Shown: positions 63,262-64,000 of the stretch, piece after piece
Layout of the letters: each line of letters starts with the position of its first letter
Position numbering within the stretch: the stretch's first letter is position 1
NCBI GenBank assembly: GCA_043748345.1
Contig: JAYTNJ010000086.1
Coordinates: 7,259 to 71,258 of the forward strand
Direction: 5' to 3'
Source: Saprospiraceae bacterium
Lineage (GTDB): Bacteria; Bacteroidota; Bacteroidia; Chitinophagales; Saprospiraceae
DNA: 64,000 nucleotides
Translations under genes and position numbers: made by a program
Notes under the pieces: model-generated
Seen by the model: the letters and a program-made list of their open reading frames with translations, nothing else
Database searches by the model: none
What the model was told of the DNA's origin: nothing

Positions 63262-64000
63262 TTGGCAGTTTCTTTTAGGATTGAAAAAATAAATGAATTT
63301 AAAGGCCATAAAGCTGCAATTTATGGATTGGCTTGCGATGTGAATAATAATGTATTCTATTCAGTAGCTGGCGATGGATGGATAGTCAGGTGGTCTATCA
63401 CCAGTGAATCATCTGATGGAATGTTAATAGGAGATTCAGGAAACAAGCTCTTCTCAGTGGCTTTTGAAAGTGCGAACCAATTACTGGTTGCAGGTGACAT
63501 AGAGGGCAATTTGTACTGGATCGATGCTAAAGAAAACAAAATACTAAGTAAATCAGCCTTTCACAAAGGCAGTATTTTTGACCTCAATTTTTTATCAACT
63601 GAAAAATTAATTTCAGTCAGTGCGGATGGATATGTTTGCTTGTGGAATACATTAAGCAGGATGCCGGAAATATCATCAAAAATTTCTTCACAAGGCCTTA
63701 GATGTATAAAGTATGATAAAGCCAGTCACAAAATTTACATTGGAGCAAGTGACAACCATATATATATACTAGATGGCAATACTCTCAATATAATCGAAAT
63801 AATCAAAAATGCCCATGCAAATAGTGTTTTTGCTATTGAAATCCTTGATAATGACTGTATCATCTCCGGAGGCAGGGACGCACATCTCAATATTTGGAAT
63901 ACAAAAACAAATGAACTAAAAGATTCATTTTCTGCTCATTGGTTTACCATTAATAAGATTATACATTTACCAGAATTTTCTGCATTTGCCACGGCATCGA
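63262..64000 (+). CDS. WD40-repeat protein (partial, runs off the window; start codon uncertain)
   Basis: Open frame from the stop at 63241-63243 to the window end, encoding ..KINEFKGHKAAIYGLACD...VAGDGWIVRWS...SVSADGYVCLWN...ISGGRDAHLNIWN (WD40 repeats). There is no in-frame ATG near the 5' end. TTG 63262 or ATT 63280 are candidates. Confidence 0.75.
   Translation, partial: MAVSFRIEKINEFKGHKAAIYGLACDVNNNVFYSVAGDGWIVRWSITSESSDGMLIGDSGNKLFSVAFESANQLLVAGDIEGNLYWIDAKENKILSKSAFHKGSIFDLNFLSTEKLISVSADGYVCLWNTLSRMPEISSKISSQGLRCIKYDKASHKIYIGASDNHIYILDGNTLNIIEIIKNAHANSVFAIEILDNDCIISGGRDAHLNIWNTKTNELKDSFSAHWFTINKIIHLPEFSAFATAS

Noticed and set aside
63357-63539. 60-aa minus-strand ORF.
   Set aside because: It lies antisense inside the WD40-repeat reading frame, which is open to the window end and shows clear repeat motifs.

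Overview
This is an AT-rich chromosomal window, almost certainly from a member of the Bacteroidota. Three proteins end in T9SS C-terminal sorting domains. TAnnTTTG-type -7 promoter boxes sit 25-40 nt upstream of many start codons. The TonB-dependent receptor, LptD and long-form PurF are of the Bacteroidota type. No rRNA, tRNA, CRISPR array, transposase or integrase was recognised. About 50 genes are present.

Gene content, left to right:
- A multi-PAS histidine kinase whose linkers are built from two arrays of a 60-bp (20-aa) in-frame tandem repeat, preceded by three stand-alone receiver genes.
- A 0.9-kb ORF-free gap, then a TonB-dependent receptor.
- A decayed RelE/ParE-type toxin-antitoxin cassette, bracketed by a ~220-bp direct repeat made from the 3' end of a T9SS-sorted gene.
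- A TPR / DUF4331 / DUF4331-4xCHRD-T9SS operon, divergent from an ECF sigma / RskA-like anti-sigma pair and a YdbS/YdbT-like bPH pair.
- Housekeeping and envelope genes: M28-PDZ peptidase, PD40 propeller, serine hydrolase, BASS transporter, ferredoxin, M14 carboxypeptidase, K+ channel and pdxH.
- A TetR-TolC-MFP-RND efflux operon.
- A same-strand run of five secreted, Thr/Gly/Asn/Ser-rich, tail-fibre-like proteins (38.2-46.3 kb).
- lptD, an amidase, MlaD, two thioredoxin-fold genes, purF, cvpA, rhodanese and a PASTA protein.
- A 1.2-kaa T9SS-sorted metalloprotease, a PPTase and a partial WD40 gene.

The best candidate for an undescribed system is the five-gene fibre locus. The proteins are modular paralogues of increasing size, two carry C1q/TNF-like C-terminal heads, and only the last and largest carries a T9SS sorting domain. 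Secondary candidates are the DUF4331/CHRD operon with its divergent ECF pair, and the repeat-expanded histidine kinase. All family names are motif recognition by eye. No database search was run.
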